Positions 38,007 to 50,851 of a DNA stretch of 64,000 bases are shown piece by piece. A program made the position numbers and the translations under genes. Source of the stretch: Takakia lepidozioides (Eukaryota; Plantae; Bryophyta); the NCBI GenBank assembly GCA_030704615.1, contig CM060734.1:52018001-52082000 (forward strand), given 5' to 3'. Within the stretch, counting starts at the first letter, position 1; each line of letters begins with the position of its first letter. The notes under the pieces are model-generated. The model was not told where the DNA came from and ran no database searches. It was given only the letters and a program-made list of their open reading frames with translations.

Positions 38007-39351
38007 GTGAGATGTCTCTCTTGCCCTCTGATTGTTGTAAGCGCAAGAGGTGATTAATCAGACAAATGATTTACTGTTCGCTGAATTATTGTTTTCACTT
38101 GTCTGAATCTGAATTACGTTCCAGCCCGCACAGCAGATTCTCAGTTTTCCTAATCGGATCGGCCTCAGCTTGGTGCAAGGTACCATGTGCAACCCACACT
38201 TAACCCATAATCTTACGTAGTAGGCGGTGTTTCCAGGGAATGGTGAATGAGCACACTAGCTTTTCATCAAACCTATAACTAGACATGCTTTACAACATTC
38301 TATGTCATGATGGTCACTGAATTCTAACCAGCTTCCAACTATATTAATGCAGGTAAAGTTTGATGAGTTCATAACCAGACATCTTGGTGAGCAGGAAGAC
38401 CCATCCAGGATCAGCATTGCCACAAACCAGTCTCCATGAGAGCAAAGGAAGTGTGTACCAAGGTCCATTGGAGAGGCCCAGGCCTTGGCATTGACCTATT
38501 GTGTAAAACCAAAACCCTCTATGAATTAAGAACTCTCTAGTCTCTGCTTCAAGGAGGCCTCTCTCCCTCCTTTGGGCCAACCCAACACCCTCTCTTCAAT
38601 CTGCTTGTCCTTATTTGTCAGACCATTTAGGAAGGAAATTTGTGCCACCTGAATTGAATCTGTGTCATCTGCTCTTTGTTTAGGTTTGTAGTCGCCAAAG
38701 ATGTGGAGCATAATGTAGTGTCTATAGTGAGGAAGTATTACTCAGATGACAAGAGACGGCGGACATTCGGGATCTAGTGGTGTCTCTTCCTTTGTGACTG
38801 AAGATGTTTTCTCATAGGTCATGGATTGGTAAAGGAGGAATGTCTTCAATTGGATCTCACTGTTTTCTCCCACTAACGTGGCTGGTCTGCGCCGCAAGGT
38901 AACTCCCAACTCTAATTTCTTTTTGTAGATGTGATATTGATTCAGTGTTGTCCGTGGCTGGCATCAACATTTTATCAGAAAAGAGGGAGGGAGAGAGAGT
39001 TCTTTTTTTTGGTTGATAATGGAGTTTTTCCCCTGGACTCCATGAGTGTCTCTGATTGCTAATGTAGGGGTTCACTACAGGTTCGCTATACGCCAGTACA
39101 AAGCATTTTACCTGGGGGAGGTTTGTTTTTGCTGTCAACAATGAAAGGTTGACCTCACAGTTTAGATGTTCCAGTCTTGGAGTGAGCTGCCACTTAGGCA
39201 ATATCTGATCCCTTTAGCCAAGTCATGCCTGCCTTTTAGTTTTGTGAGGAATCAATCTGAAAAAGGCCTCCTATTGCAGGTTTTATAGTGGCAGTGTTTT
39301 TTGGGCTGTCTTACTATTCCTTTTTGCCCAATCAAGGGGGTGATTTGAACG

Positions 39352-40614
39352 ATGACAAGTGACAAAATGTTGTCCGCCATGGGAGAGATCATGCTATTTT
39401 TGCAATTCATGCTTATGGAGGCTCCAGAGCTATTTGGGATCAAGAGATACTCACAAGAGGCTTTACCATCATTCTTGCATGATGTTGGCCTATTCGAGGA
39501 GGAGGATCCAAATATCAACCTCATCGCATGTAGGAGCTCCTTGCAGCGGCTTCTCACAATTATGAAATTCAAGCCAAGAGCTCGTCCATCTTCAGGGATG
39601 TGGGTCAAGCATAGGTCGAGAGCGTGGTTTGAGGACTTTCTTTTACAGTATGACGATGAAAGATGGCTAGATATCATGAAGATGAGCTCAGGCACGTTTG
39701 AGTGGTTGTGCAATACTCTTGCACCAGTTATAAAGATGCAGGATGCCAAGTATCGAAAGAGCTTATCTGTACCTATGAGAGTAGGGGCAGTACTTTACAA
39801 ACTACTATGGGGCGGCCACAACCATTGAAATATCGGAGGGTTTTGGAATCAGTCGTTCAACTTTATACGAGCTTCTTCGACAAGTAGTCCCTGCCATAAT
39901 TTGTCTATTGGGTCACCGTCTGCAATGGCAAGGTGGTGAAACTCTAAAAAGAACCATGCTCGAAAATGAGAGGAGATCAGGGATTCCGAATATTATTGGT
40001 GCAATTGATTGCACACAAATACGAATCAAGGCCCCAAACACTGACATCAAGTTCGACTACAGGAACAGAAATGGATACTATTCTATGGTTCTACAAGGAG
40101 TAGTGGAAGCAGATGCAAAGTTCGTGGACATCTACGTTGGAGAACCCGGAAGCATGAATGATGGTAGGGTGTTGCGGAATTCCCCACTATTCCATCCGGC
40201 TTCTCAAGGAACTCTACTACGTGGTGAGAACGTAATTCTTGAGAATGGGCACCCAATTCCGCCACTCCTCATCGGTGACGCCATTTATCCTGCACTCCCA
40301 TGGCTCATTCCTAGTTACAAGAGGGCTCCCAATGCTCCAGCCCTATCTAGAGCCAAATCAATCATCAATTATCGAAGGCAAGAATCTTCTTAGAAATTGC
40401 TTTTGGACGAATGAAAGGCACATTCAAATAGGTGGGTTGGAGGAGCGAGCTCGACCTTGATTTTCTGCCACAAGTGGTCCATGCCTGTTGCATCTTGTAC
40501 AACATCTTGGTCGATTTCAAGGAGATTGATTTCGAGGACATCTACAATGAAATGGATGCTCTTGCAGCCATCAGGGAGCGAGACAATGTTGCCCACAGTC
40601 AAGAAGCCACATAG
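39352..40614 (+). pseudogene. Harbinger DDE transposase (HARBI1-like)
   Basis: MSSGTFEWLC, IIGAIDCTQIRI, SMVLQGVV, GSMNDGRV, LIGDAIYPALPWL, ACCILYN. One stop and frameshifts. Confidence 0.9.
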
Positions 40615-41139
40615 TTGGTGCTGCTTTGCGGGAGATATTATGCAACCACGTCATTAACACATGAATGAAGAAACCGCAAGTCTGCAAGGTTAGCTCCCCA
40701 ACACCCTACACAACAATTTCAACATGTTGGTGATCAACATTCTAGCATCATGAAAAATGTTCAAAAATTGTGGGGTTTGACATCCATGAAGCAAGGTTTT
40801 CAACAGATGGGTTGCTGAGGTACTAGTGGTAATTTCACATTGCCTCAATGTGGGGGGCCTTGATTGGTGCTTTTAGAATCCATGGCAATGTGGAGCTAAA
40901 TTTCTATGTGGGAGGGGCTGGTTGTTGAAAGGTCCAATATCCATCCACTTAGTTCTCACAAGCATATCTGAAAACCATCTATGCATGTATCTGCCCCAGG
41001 GATTACCAGTGAGGTAAACATGCAAGTAGAGCTGCCACCCAGGGTGTGTAGGGCATAGCCATCCAGGGAGAGGGTGAGATTTAACACCTCCTCCATGGAG
41101 GTGTTAAATCTCGGTCAACAATTAAAAATCGGGCAACGG

Positions 41140-41365
41140 CAGAGAGGTTTTGCAGTTGCCATACGCTCGCGATGGCGGGGAGAGTAGAGAGGTTCTTGCA
41201 GGGTAGGCGCTCGCGATGGCATAGAATGCAGAGGGAGAGTGGAGAGGTTCTTGCAGGGCAGGGGCTCGCGATGGCATAGAGTGCAGAGGGGAGAGTGCAG
41301 AGGTTCTTGCAGGGCAGGCGCTCGTGATGGCGTAGAGTGCAGAGGGGAGAGGCTCTTGCAGGCAG
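41140..41365 (+). repeat. ~55-bp minisatellite upstream of the Myb gene
   Basis: GAGAGGTTCTTGCAGGGCAGGCGCTCGCGATGGCATAGAGTGCAGAGGG units, about 4 copies. Confidence 0.85.
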
Positions 41366-41412
41366 TGTGTGTCTCATTTTTTTAATCCAGAGATTGCAAG
41401 AGAGAGTGTAGC

Positions 41413-42386
41413 ATGTCTTCCACAGACACCACAGGCACCACAGGCGGTGGTGATGGCTTTAGGGCTGGTGAGGTTGAATTGCAAAGCTCCAAGACTCCTA
41501 GAAAAAGAGCTAGAGATAGAAATTGGAGTGAGACAGAAGTGCGCATCCTGGCTACCACTAAGCGGCAGGAATGGGAGGAGTGGAAGGGTTCTATCGCACG
41601 CGGCAACATGAATTGCGATAAAGTCAAGTGGGAGAGGATTGTGTTGTCATTGGAGAGACATGGTGTGCTTGGAAGGGATGCAACAAGTGGCAGAACCTCT
41701 GTAAGCATTTCAAGGATATTCGGGGCCACCAGCTTCATAGCACAGGTAATGAAGACTACTTCACTATGACCACTGAAGAACGTGGAACTGCATGACTCCC
41801 AAAATCCTTCTCAAAGGATCTTTTTGAGGACATGTCTTTTCTATCAGAGCGAGCTTGCAATGCTCCAAAGGCGACCTCATCAAGCATGAGGGTACCACTG
41901 GTACCAAATCAGCAGCATGTAGATATCAACCCAATTGATGATGTCGGTGTTGGCCCTTTAGTAGCCAACAATTTGGGTTCAGCAAGTCTAGCCTCAGAAA
42001 GCCAAGATGAGCCACATGTTCCTCCTCGGGGTCGACCTCCCAAGCCAGGGCGGGAGAGGTATACCAATTCTTCCCCTATCCCATTCAACAACTCAACCGG
42101 CAAGAAAAAGAAGGGTGTTGTGACCACTGATTTCCTCCAGGCCTTGAAGGAGGGAAATGAAGTCCTTTCCAAAAGCATGGAAGAGGATAGAAAGGAGAGG
42201 ATGGAGAGATTTGGCAAGACTCTTACCCTTCAAACTGAGATGTTCAACTTTGAGAAGCAAAAGGCCCAAGTGGCATTTGAAGCACAACAGGTAGCTTCTA
42301 GCAATCAAAGCGCCATGGTTTCCCATTTTGGAAAACTGGTTGAGCACTTTGGGAAAATGGTAGAAAAGAAGGATGGTGCAGCTTAA
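41413..42386 (+). pseudogene. Harbinger Myb/SANT-like (trihelix) DNA-binding protein
   Basis: RNWSETEVRILA...KWERI N-terminus and C-terminal coiled coil. Frameshift and stop at ~41690-41795. Confidence 0.8.
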
Positions 42387-45381
42387 GTGCATAGCCATGA
42401 TCATTACAAGTTCCCTAGTTTCTCCTAGTTTATCCTTCAGTTCAACTTGAATGAGCTCCAAGTTAGTTTCTCTCAAGAAGCATTTTAGCTGCTGATTAGA
42501 GGTTTTGGTAGTCCTCCTTTGATTGCAGCCAAGTCCTGCAGGGAATTGCACACAACATCTCTGACCACAAGGCACCTATTGAGCAAAGTAAAGTAGGTTG
42601 TTTTGTAGTGGTGGTGTAAGTGTGTGGCCTTTAGTGGCAGCCATGACAATTCTAGTGTATTGTGTAGTAGTGGATACGGCTTTTGAGCAGAGCAGTAGTT
42701 AGTAGTTTCAATGATGGGTACATCATATGCATTCAACATTCAGGTGTGGTTTCTCGTTGTGAAGGCAACTGCTTCACATATTGATGTGTTTGAGGACAAC
42801 TTGTTAATGTGATGACAATTTTGTTTCCTGGTATGTTTGTCCTAGTGTATAGTTGTTCTGTAAAACAACATTTTTTGAATTTTGATTGCTGCAGGATTTG
42901 GATATAGCAGCATGATAATTGATTGAAAGCTCCTCAGTAGCATATGAGATGGTTGTAGCGCCATACAGTGCAAGAGTAATTTTTTGCCTTTGATCATAGC
43001 AGTAATTGGCAATGGTGTGTCAGAGTGGAGCAAATTATTCACGAAGTCTGGAGTGTTGAAGTGTTATGTGCGGGCATGTCGGCCCTTGGAGGGGGCAGGT
43101 GGATGTATGCTGCTATCTAGGGGGTTGCTTTTGGGTTTGAAACATATCTAGGTAAAACTTGAGATATGGGTTGCTGGTGGAGATGTTAGATTGTGATGGG
43201 TACACGATTGCTTGATGTCAGGCCTGAGTGGGAGGCGGTGTGTATCTTGTAGTGGCGTGGTGGGTCCATTTAATGGGGCAGTGGAGTTCATGGCCAGAGC
43301 CTGAGTTTGCCCAGGTCAAGCCCTGTATGTTTCTGATTTTGCTAGCATAGTGGCAGGCCTGGTCTGGAAAGGATCTTATGCTGCAATCACCAGATAGTAG
43401 GACCAGTGGGAAGCAGTTGATGGCATTAGCTCAAGGTAGAAATAACCACGTTTATCCTTGGGAGTCCTTGACTGGGACTATGTTAGAGTTTGAAGTGCAC
43501 TCATCAAAATGATTGTGGTGGTGTCATTTCAAGGTTACATACTCCCGACCAGAAAATGGGTGACAAACAGTCTTCATAATCAGCCTCCTTGGATCTTCAG
43601 AATCACAGCCCATGTGGAAAGACGCTAACACAAAATCACATGCCCCCAGATCACATGCTTTGAATTCAGACCTATACATTGGATGGCCTCGCACTTGCTA
43701 TCTCAGCCCAAGCCTCTTGGTATGTTGTCCATCAAACTTCAGATTGCACTGAACTCTTTGTGAATGTACCACCAATTTCTGGTTGATTTACATTCAAAGA
43801 GACCTATGTGATCAGCCTCCTTGGAGCTCGATGTAACGTTGTGCATAGTTCATGACATAATCCCAACCCATGTGCCAACACGATAAGTTGTCGACTTGAT
43901 GTATCTGTGGTAGCGATATAACATAAGGTGAACATGCAGGTTCCACAGTATTTAAAGAAGCATGACATCAACATGAGAGCCAGAGGCAGTAGATACTCAT
44001 GTCTCAGAAAAAATCTTTGGAGATCAGGTTGGGTTTGCGGTCCATGTCAGAACACTGGCCAAATGAACACATCTATGTTGTTCTATATTAATACAAATGT
44101 TTCCACATGTTTGGTGTGTCTCCTCAGAATCTCCAGCATGCCCCAACTGGACAGCGCTCCCCAGAAGTTGAATGAATTTGTGCACGGGAATACGTAGCAG
44201 CTGGATGTAGTAAACATTACCGGCTGAGCCAACTGCAAGTTGGGATCTGCCTTGGCAAAGTCGGTTTTCACTGGAAGGCCTGCCAGACAAGATGACACAG
44301 TACCAACAGTCACGTCGTCACCATGTTTTCAATAAATGACATGGTTGTAACACATACAACCCACCATTACTGGCAGGAAACAAGCAGAACATAAAAACCC
44401 TTCCTTATCTCACATTGCAATGAAAAGAGAATCAGTAGGCCTCCAACAAGTCAACCATAAAGGGCAAACAACATGACTGACGATAGATGGAAAACTATAG
44501 TAACAGCTGTTAATCGGCCGGTTATCTAACCAGCTTCTTAATCGGCGTGTGCGGCTGTCTCCCTACCGCTAACGTCAATTACCTAACTTGATTGACGTAC
44601 CAATTGGCAGGTACGGCTGGGGCCCAAGAATGGTAAGGGGGAAGAGGAATGAAATGAATGGCCATGGAAAGCTCAAAGAGCTTATGGGACGAGCAAGCAT
44701 GAAACAAGAAAGGGGACTGTGTGAGGTTGTGTTTGAGCCATGCCTGATCTGCTGCTCACTCATGGTTGTTACAGAAATGTCCAAGATCACCAGACTTTAC
44801 ACATAAGAACACAAAGGAGGCCATTTGGATTGAGCCACACAATCTTGCTGAACATGGACCAGCACCACTACTTTGGAGAGAGGAGCAAGAGAGGGGACTA
44901 AACAAGAACAGGAACGGGAAAGTAGGTGCATGCCCACATCATGGAGAGTGGAATCCCACCCACAATAGTAGCTGGCAGGAAAAAGTAAAACAAAAACAAA
45001 ATTGTAATGAGGGACAAAATTGCATAAACATAAATATGTGGGCACATTTTTACCGCGCAGCCAGGGACTACTCCGTGTTTAAATTCCTATGGCTGCCCTA
45101 CACCATGCTCCGCTGACACCTGAAAAAAAGACAAAAAAGGTAAGAGAGAAACCCAAGATAAGATAGTGCAGGGCAGAGAGAGAGAGGCATTCTCCAGTTC
45201 AATTAGGGGCTGCTAAAAAATGTATGTTTATGATTCACACTCCTTCGAGACTGATGCAATCTGAAGCTATCTCATATTCTTTGGAGACCTTTTCTGCCAA
45301 GTTGAGCAATGAGCACCAAACACTCTGGCTGGAGGTCTTCTCAGATCCTTCAAACAGGATTGAGACAATTGTCCTTATATA

Positions 45382-45419
45382 ATGTACTCATAAGACATTG
45401 TTTGCCGTAGCCTTGTGGC
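45382..45419 (-). mobile_element. 38-bp LINE 3'-tail insertion with 16-bp TSD
   Basis: CAATTGTCCTTATATA at 45366-45381 and 45420-45435 flanks the reverse complement of the LINE tail. Confidence 0.88.
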
Positions 45420-45612
45420 CAATTGTCCTTATATAGAGGGAATGGCAGATTGGAATGGGTTATCCTCTTCCCTCAAATCCACTCAGGATATGTACAGGAC
45501 ACCTGCCTAGAGTCATCCTCTGATTATAGGTACCTAGATGAAGGCAAAAAGAGAAAGAAGATCAATTGCTCAGCAGATCAACAATCTCAATGAGGCAAGG
45601 CGATAAGACCAA

Positions 45613-45720
45613 GGTGAGTATCAAAACCCACCGTTGTGCATCATCGCGGAGAGGGTTTGCACCCTCACCCGCTCAGCGCGGATTGCCTCTTACTATGGCA
45701 GTCTTAATGAGATGTGCAGC
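45613..45720 (-). ncRNA. Candidate Fanzor omegaRNA scaffold
   Basis: Directly 3' of the RuvC-III region. GCGG(GT)GAGGGT-GCAA-ACCCTC(T)CCGC GNRA hairpin, TGCC/GGCA stem, enclosing TGCACATC/GATGATGCA stem, and terminal GGTGGGT/ACTCACC hairpin. Confidence 0.4.
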
Positions 45721-45759
45721 CGGGCACGCCCCTCTCCGGCCTCCTCCGCCCTGCAGAAT

Positions 45760-48740
45760 GTCGGGTGACGAGGCCGGGAGTCCCGCATTTCCCATAACCG
45801 CTACATGATGTTGACCGCCGCGTTGACGTCTCAGTTTTCCATGTAGTCCAATAGCAGGCTGTGTTGGGACACAGTCGGACCGCGTATGAGCCGCGACGCC
45901 CAGTCTTTTCGGGGAATCGGCATTGGGGCATGCCCTCCATCCTTTTCGCTGCAACTGCAGCACAGTTGGCTAGTTCGAAACTCGTCAACCATCACCATCT
46001 CGCTTGCCTTCTCCCGTATCCTCTTCTGCAGCTTGGAGGTTGGTGTGCTCTCCGTCCCGGGGCTGTTGTGCGCGAAGAGGCGTCCCCGAAGGCCACCACC
46101 GTTGTCGGGTCATTCGCCGTCACCTCCCTCGCAAACGTCGCGTAGGCCCGTTCCGTCTTTATCCATGTCGCCCACCTCAGCTCCCTCATCCTCTTGTTCA
46201 CCACGTAGAACTCGTTTAGTGCCCAGAGATGTGTCAGCACCGACGCCGCATACAAGCTATACCCCTCTACAGTTGCCACCTTAGCGGAGACGGTGTTGAC
46301 CCTCGAATTGAACTGCGTCACGGCTTCGTTCCTGGCCATCCACCTCTTCGTCAGCTTGGCCCGCCGCCGGTACCCGCACATGGTGTAGAACCGCGCCTTG
46401 CTGCAACGGATCACTTGGAACCGGTCCATTTTGTCCACCCACGACTCGTTCAGTGCGGCCTCTGCTTTGGGCGAGTACACCACTCCCGTGTAGAGGTACT
46501 TTCGGCCCGGGTCGATGGCCACGACTCGTTTCGGCAATGGCACGTGGGTGTGCAGAGTCGGTTTGGGCATCTCCTTTTTCTTGCGTCCTTTCACCTGCGA
46601 GAAAACGAGACCAACGTCCGTTTAAGAAAACGTCAGTCTACAAGATGCAGGTTTTTCCCTCAACTGAAGAGACGACATGTCTGTCCACTCCCAATCAAAC
46701 TACATCAGAAACAGTACTAAACTTTTACTTCACACATTTCCCGCACAAAAGAGAAGCTCTCAGGTATCCAACTCCTTAAATGGGGTCTTTCATCAAAACA
46801 AGGTTGCGGCGCCTGGAGGCTCTCGACCACACATATCTACAGGGAGTATATATGATCATCAACCATTCTGCTGTAGACATCCCCAACAGATCATGTTGCC
46901 ATGTTTCTAACCTTCAGCTAAAACCGATTTCGATTCATGGAAACGTCACAGAACAACTCATCTAAAGCGATGAGCCTCGCTTTCAGGTTCTGCAAAGAGG
47001 GTGGGGATACCGCCTTCCCGCACATGGCCCTTGACATTGCACATAATAAGACGATGCTGGTCGTCCAACAAGTTCACCCGCATTTGCGTCACGAGCCGGT
47101 ACGCCCAATCACTAAAGGCAATGAAAAGCAAACATGGAGAATGAAGCAGTTGTCTTACTCTGGCTGTGACGGCAGGTTGGCATCGGGGCGAGCCCAACAG
47201 CATGCTGACTGCAACCCTGTCAGTTGTTATAAAATTCTGACACTTGAGTCCTTGTCCGGATCGTTCAAACTTCCGGTCGATTTTGAAAAAGCTATTCCAT
47301 CCCCACGCTATCCACAATTAGTAAAACGAAATCAACACAAAGGGCCATATGTCATCAATGGACATGACGACGAGGGGAGCACGAGTGACCTCCCGTCGTT
47401 CCGCACGTGCGGCAGCCACGTGCTGACCGCTGCTTCATCCTCTAGTACCCCTCATCCTCTCCCCCTCCCTGCGAAAGAAAACAAGTAGGATTCGGGGGCA
47501 AACTTACAATCTCCACAGTTTGTCGTCACTCGTGCTTTGATTATTCTGCACTATCAGCGTTGCCTTTGTCGCAAACGACCACAGGATGGTAATGGTGATG
47601 GCTAATTGGACTGGCCTGACGCGCTTTTGTGATAGGAGTGGGAAGAGCCGGAGCTTGCGCTCGCCGGATGGAGGAACCGCCGTCTCAGGCGTATGCAATT
47701 CTGATGGCCTTTGGTGGCAAACCGTTGTTGATGGCCGGTTCCCGGAGCACCGTTTCCTAGAGAAATCAGTCTCACCAGTTTCGGACTCGGCTGGACGTTT
47801 CCTGCTGGCCCGTGGAATGCCGACTTCCGTCGGACTGGACAAATTTGGGACTGTCTTCGATTTTTTGTCGTTTCTTTCCCAATAATTTCCGTCTTGATAA
47901 TTTGCTACAATCCGCTGACATCAATGAAGCATCGTTTGGCGGCAAATTTGGAAATTAATCCACATCGTCGGATTCGGTGGGACATCTCCGTGTACAATGT
48001 CGTTCTAGTATCGTTGAATTCGGTGTTTCTGTCCGACGTTGGCGTGAATGCATCGGAGTCGCTGAAGTCCATGGGATCCGCCGTCTGACATTCCTGCGCT
48101 TTGCATTTTTTGATCGCGATGGTGGTGTGCCCGGTGACATTCGGCGTCAATGTGCTATCCTCACTGTCGTTGCGTAGTATGAACGTGTGACAACTCGACG
48201 ATTGCAAATATGTGCACTAATTCCATGAACTAATTCTATGCGCCGTCCATGGAGCACCTCGGAGGACAACGACGTTGTTTCTTATGATGCCGTTTCGAGG
48301 ATAGTCGGGGTATTTATAAACAACGTTGTTTTGGAAGGAGTGATCATCATCGTTTACAAATCGTCGGATGCCTCCACCTCGAATGTATCGGTGGACGGTG
48401 GATCGTTGGATGCACACGGTCGTTCCCCAGCTCCTGATTTTGTCGTTGGCTGAACACATCGTTCACTTTTTTTCGTTATTAATAATATATTTATTTTTAG
48501 AAATATTATTCGAATATATATATATATTTTCCTTTGCTCCATGGGTAGGGTGAAGCATTTATAATAAATATTTGTTTTATTGTTTTATATAATAAAATGT
48601 TAAATTTATTTCAATGGTTTACCTTTCCCGACCCGGTGCACGACGTAGTTCATCGGATCCATGTATTCCCGTTGGTGTAGCCGACGATAGGGTGGAATGT
48701 CTCGTCGTGCAGAGGCGTTTCGTCAATTGAATACCTATGT
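45760..48740 (-). pseudogene. Fanzor (eukaryotic TnpB homologue, Fanzor1-like) RNA-guided nuclease, intron-containing, frameshifted
   Basis: RuvC-I VVAIDPGRK (~46520), VVAFGDAS, RuvC-II VMVDEFRTSQLCCSC (~45980), CPNTAC, RuvC-III DVNAAVNI (~45820). Upstream WNSFF...FITTDRVAVSMLL and RLFPLL...LAITITILW segments. Splice acceptor at ~46595. The 5' extent is uncertain. Confidence 0.8.
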
Positions 48741-49406
48741 GTTCAGCCGTTGAGTTATTCGCTCAATGTCACTATTTCTGGATATTTGGGATGGTTTGTA
48801 CATGGTCTCCTCCTCGTCCTCTCCGTTCTGCTGGAGGTAGCCTGGTGCAATTGACAGAGGGTCACATGTGTAAGACATTTGCTGAACTATTTCAAACTTC
48901 AGGTTCTTTTTACATTGAAGGCGGGGATGGGATTCATCTACCAGGCTATGAATTGTTTTCAAATTGTTGTAAGGCCTAATTCCGGGGGTGATTTGCATTC
49001 CAAGAGCTGGATTTTTACCATATACGGCGCTGCGCTGTAGCGATTGGGATATCAAACTTGTCAAGTTAAATAAGCACAGTGTGAAAACAGCTAGAATAAA
49101 ACTAGTTATTTGTATTTAACACTTGGATTTAGGTCAAGTGTTAAATCAGGTGTCAAGTTTAGTTTGACACCTGGTCCGTCTTATCTTCACGAGAGCGGCA
49201 GTCGCGCGGCTCATCTTTCTCGAGTTGAGCCTGCGCGACCGAGCTCCTGCATGTGTTTAGATTTGAGTGTGCGTATGTAGGGGTACAGGTTGTTGTGGGG
49301 TGGAGTCCCCATAGCTTGGGGTGCCCCTGGCTCGACTACTATTTTCTAAGAGTGATGGTTTGGTTTTCATGTTTTGTGTCACAGTGTGTTCGATGGATTT
49401 CTATCA

Positions 49407-49419
49407 CTCGAGAAAGATG
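49407..49419 (+). promoter_or_regulatory. Self-priming (Tf1-type) primer binding site
   Basis: CTCGAGAAAGATG is the exact reverse complement of LTR positions 49212-49224. No TGG tRNA-type PBS is present. Confidence 0.75.
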
Positions 49420-49499
49420 CTCTCTTACCTGTGAGTGCAAGGTAGGAGTTGAGGGTTAGCACTTGCAAGATTACCTGCGTATAAGTAGTGATTAGTTTG

Positions 49500-49640
49500 A
49501 GAAGCATATCATTGAATGTGACCACAAGATTCAGCGTGCCCTGAAACGCCTGGAGGATGACGATGCCAGAGCCGCCATTGTTATTGCAGTCGCTGAAGCT
49601 ACCAAGTCACTAGAGGCTTTGGGGTACACAAGGAGATACT
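49500..49640 (+). pseudogene. Captured LUC7-like (U1 snRNP-associated) fragment
   Basis: IIECDHKIQRALKRLEDDDARAAIVIAVAEAT resembles the plant LUC7 coiled-coil segment (recalled similarity). Confidence 0.6.
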
Positions 49641-50157
49641 TAAAAATGCAGCAGCAAATGCTAGTTGGCACCTATGCATGATCCTTGAAGCTGGATGATC
49701 GTTTCACCAGTAAGCCTATAGAGGAGCCTGCTGTTGCAATTGATTTTTGTATCGGGGTTGGTCTTGGACCAAAATTTAGCTTCAGCTTCTTTGTCAATCA
49801 TTTGCTTTGATCATGCAAGAGCGCCATGCAGCGGGTTAAGGGGCAGGGCTATGGAGCAGAAAAGCGGCATCCTCTTCGCAATGCGCAGAGGATGGAGTTC
49901 CGTGTATATGGTTGCTATGGAGCCTCGCCAACAGCAGAACTTTGCGCTTTCCGTTCTTGGGGTTGCTGCATTGTATGCGCCCTAGGTTCCGGGCTTGGAA
50001 TTGTCTTCTGACCAATTCAGCAGAAACGAACGACGAACGTATTCTGGCCTGATTCCCTACAGTAAGCAGGCGATATATAGCTCAACGCCATCAACGAGTA
50101 CACCCAAGGAGGTTGTACACCACAACAAGTGCCGTCAGAATCTTGTCACCAAAGGAT

Positions 50158-50851
50158 TCAGGCCAAGCAGCATACGATGGCCACCTCACGGCCAGGCTTG
50201 GAACGGCTCTTACCATACCATATGAGGAACTTGTCGAAGTAGAGGAATAAACTTTCACAGACATGTCTGGCGAGATTTGAAAGAGTAGTTTTCTTGCTTT
50301 GATGTTGTTTCATGTCCTCTGGTTCATGGAGCTCATGACAACAAAAGTCGAGCGGCAGCGGACGTACTGGGCGCCGAGCAGAAAGGATGGTCAGGGGGAC
50401 GACTGTTTCCCTTGCCCAGCAGCTAAAGTCGTAAAGATTGAAGTCCACCATGTTCAGAAATCCATTTTCGAGCTGCTACCATGGATGCTTCATTGGGTTG
50501 GGATCCTGACGCTTTTAAGGCCACATAACACTTGACGGTGGTGCTAAGGTCACCTGCAGGAGCTTCATGATAAGTGTCCCAGGATCCGTCAGTTCTTTGC
50601 AGGCTCCGAATGCAACGCACGACTTTTTCTTTCTTTGGGTCATCTGTAACGCCCAGGAAATGCATAGCCAGAATCCACTCCGCTTCCATTGTACAGCTTG
50701 ATTCGACCTGGCCCGCCCAATAGTCCTCTGGATTCTGCTTACGGAAACTCCAGTCAATTGCATCGTTGATGACCTGATCAAGCGGTGTTGCATCTATGGA
50801 CTCGAATGCTCCCATACACCCACTTCCCTGCAGTAAGCAGTTCACATTCAC
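50158..50851 (-). pseudogene. shc: Captured squalene-hopene cyclase N-terminal fragment with internal deletion
   Basis: QNPEDYWAGQVESSCTMEAEWILAMHFLG, QRTDGSW (QW repeat), GDLSTTVKCYVALK, AARKWISEHGGL, then YDFSCWARETVVPLTILSARRPVRP. The DxDD active-site half is absent. Confidence 0.88.

Larger units (their letters stand above)
37124..44624 (+). mobile_element. PIF/Harbinger DNA transposon, 7.5 kb, decayed
   Basis: 19-bp TIRs GGCCCCGGCCGCACCTGCC / GGCAGGTACGGCTGGGGCC (2 mismatches) and 3-bp TSD CAA. Contains the transposase and Myb/SANT genes. Confidence 0.88.

Noticed and set aside
49253-49459. Duplicated small ORF (also 60788-61087)
   Set aside because: It is a by-product of the identical terminal repeats.
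50158-50851. Bacterial contamination or a functional hopanoid gene
   Set aside because: The fragment is truncated, internally deleted and embedded inside a plant retrotransposon.
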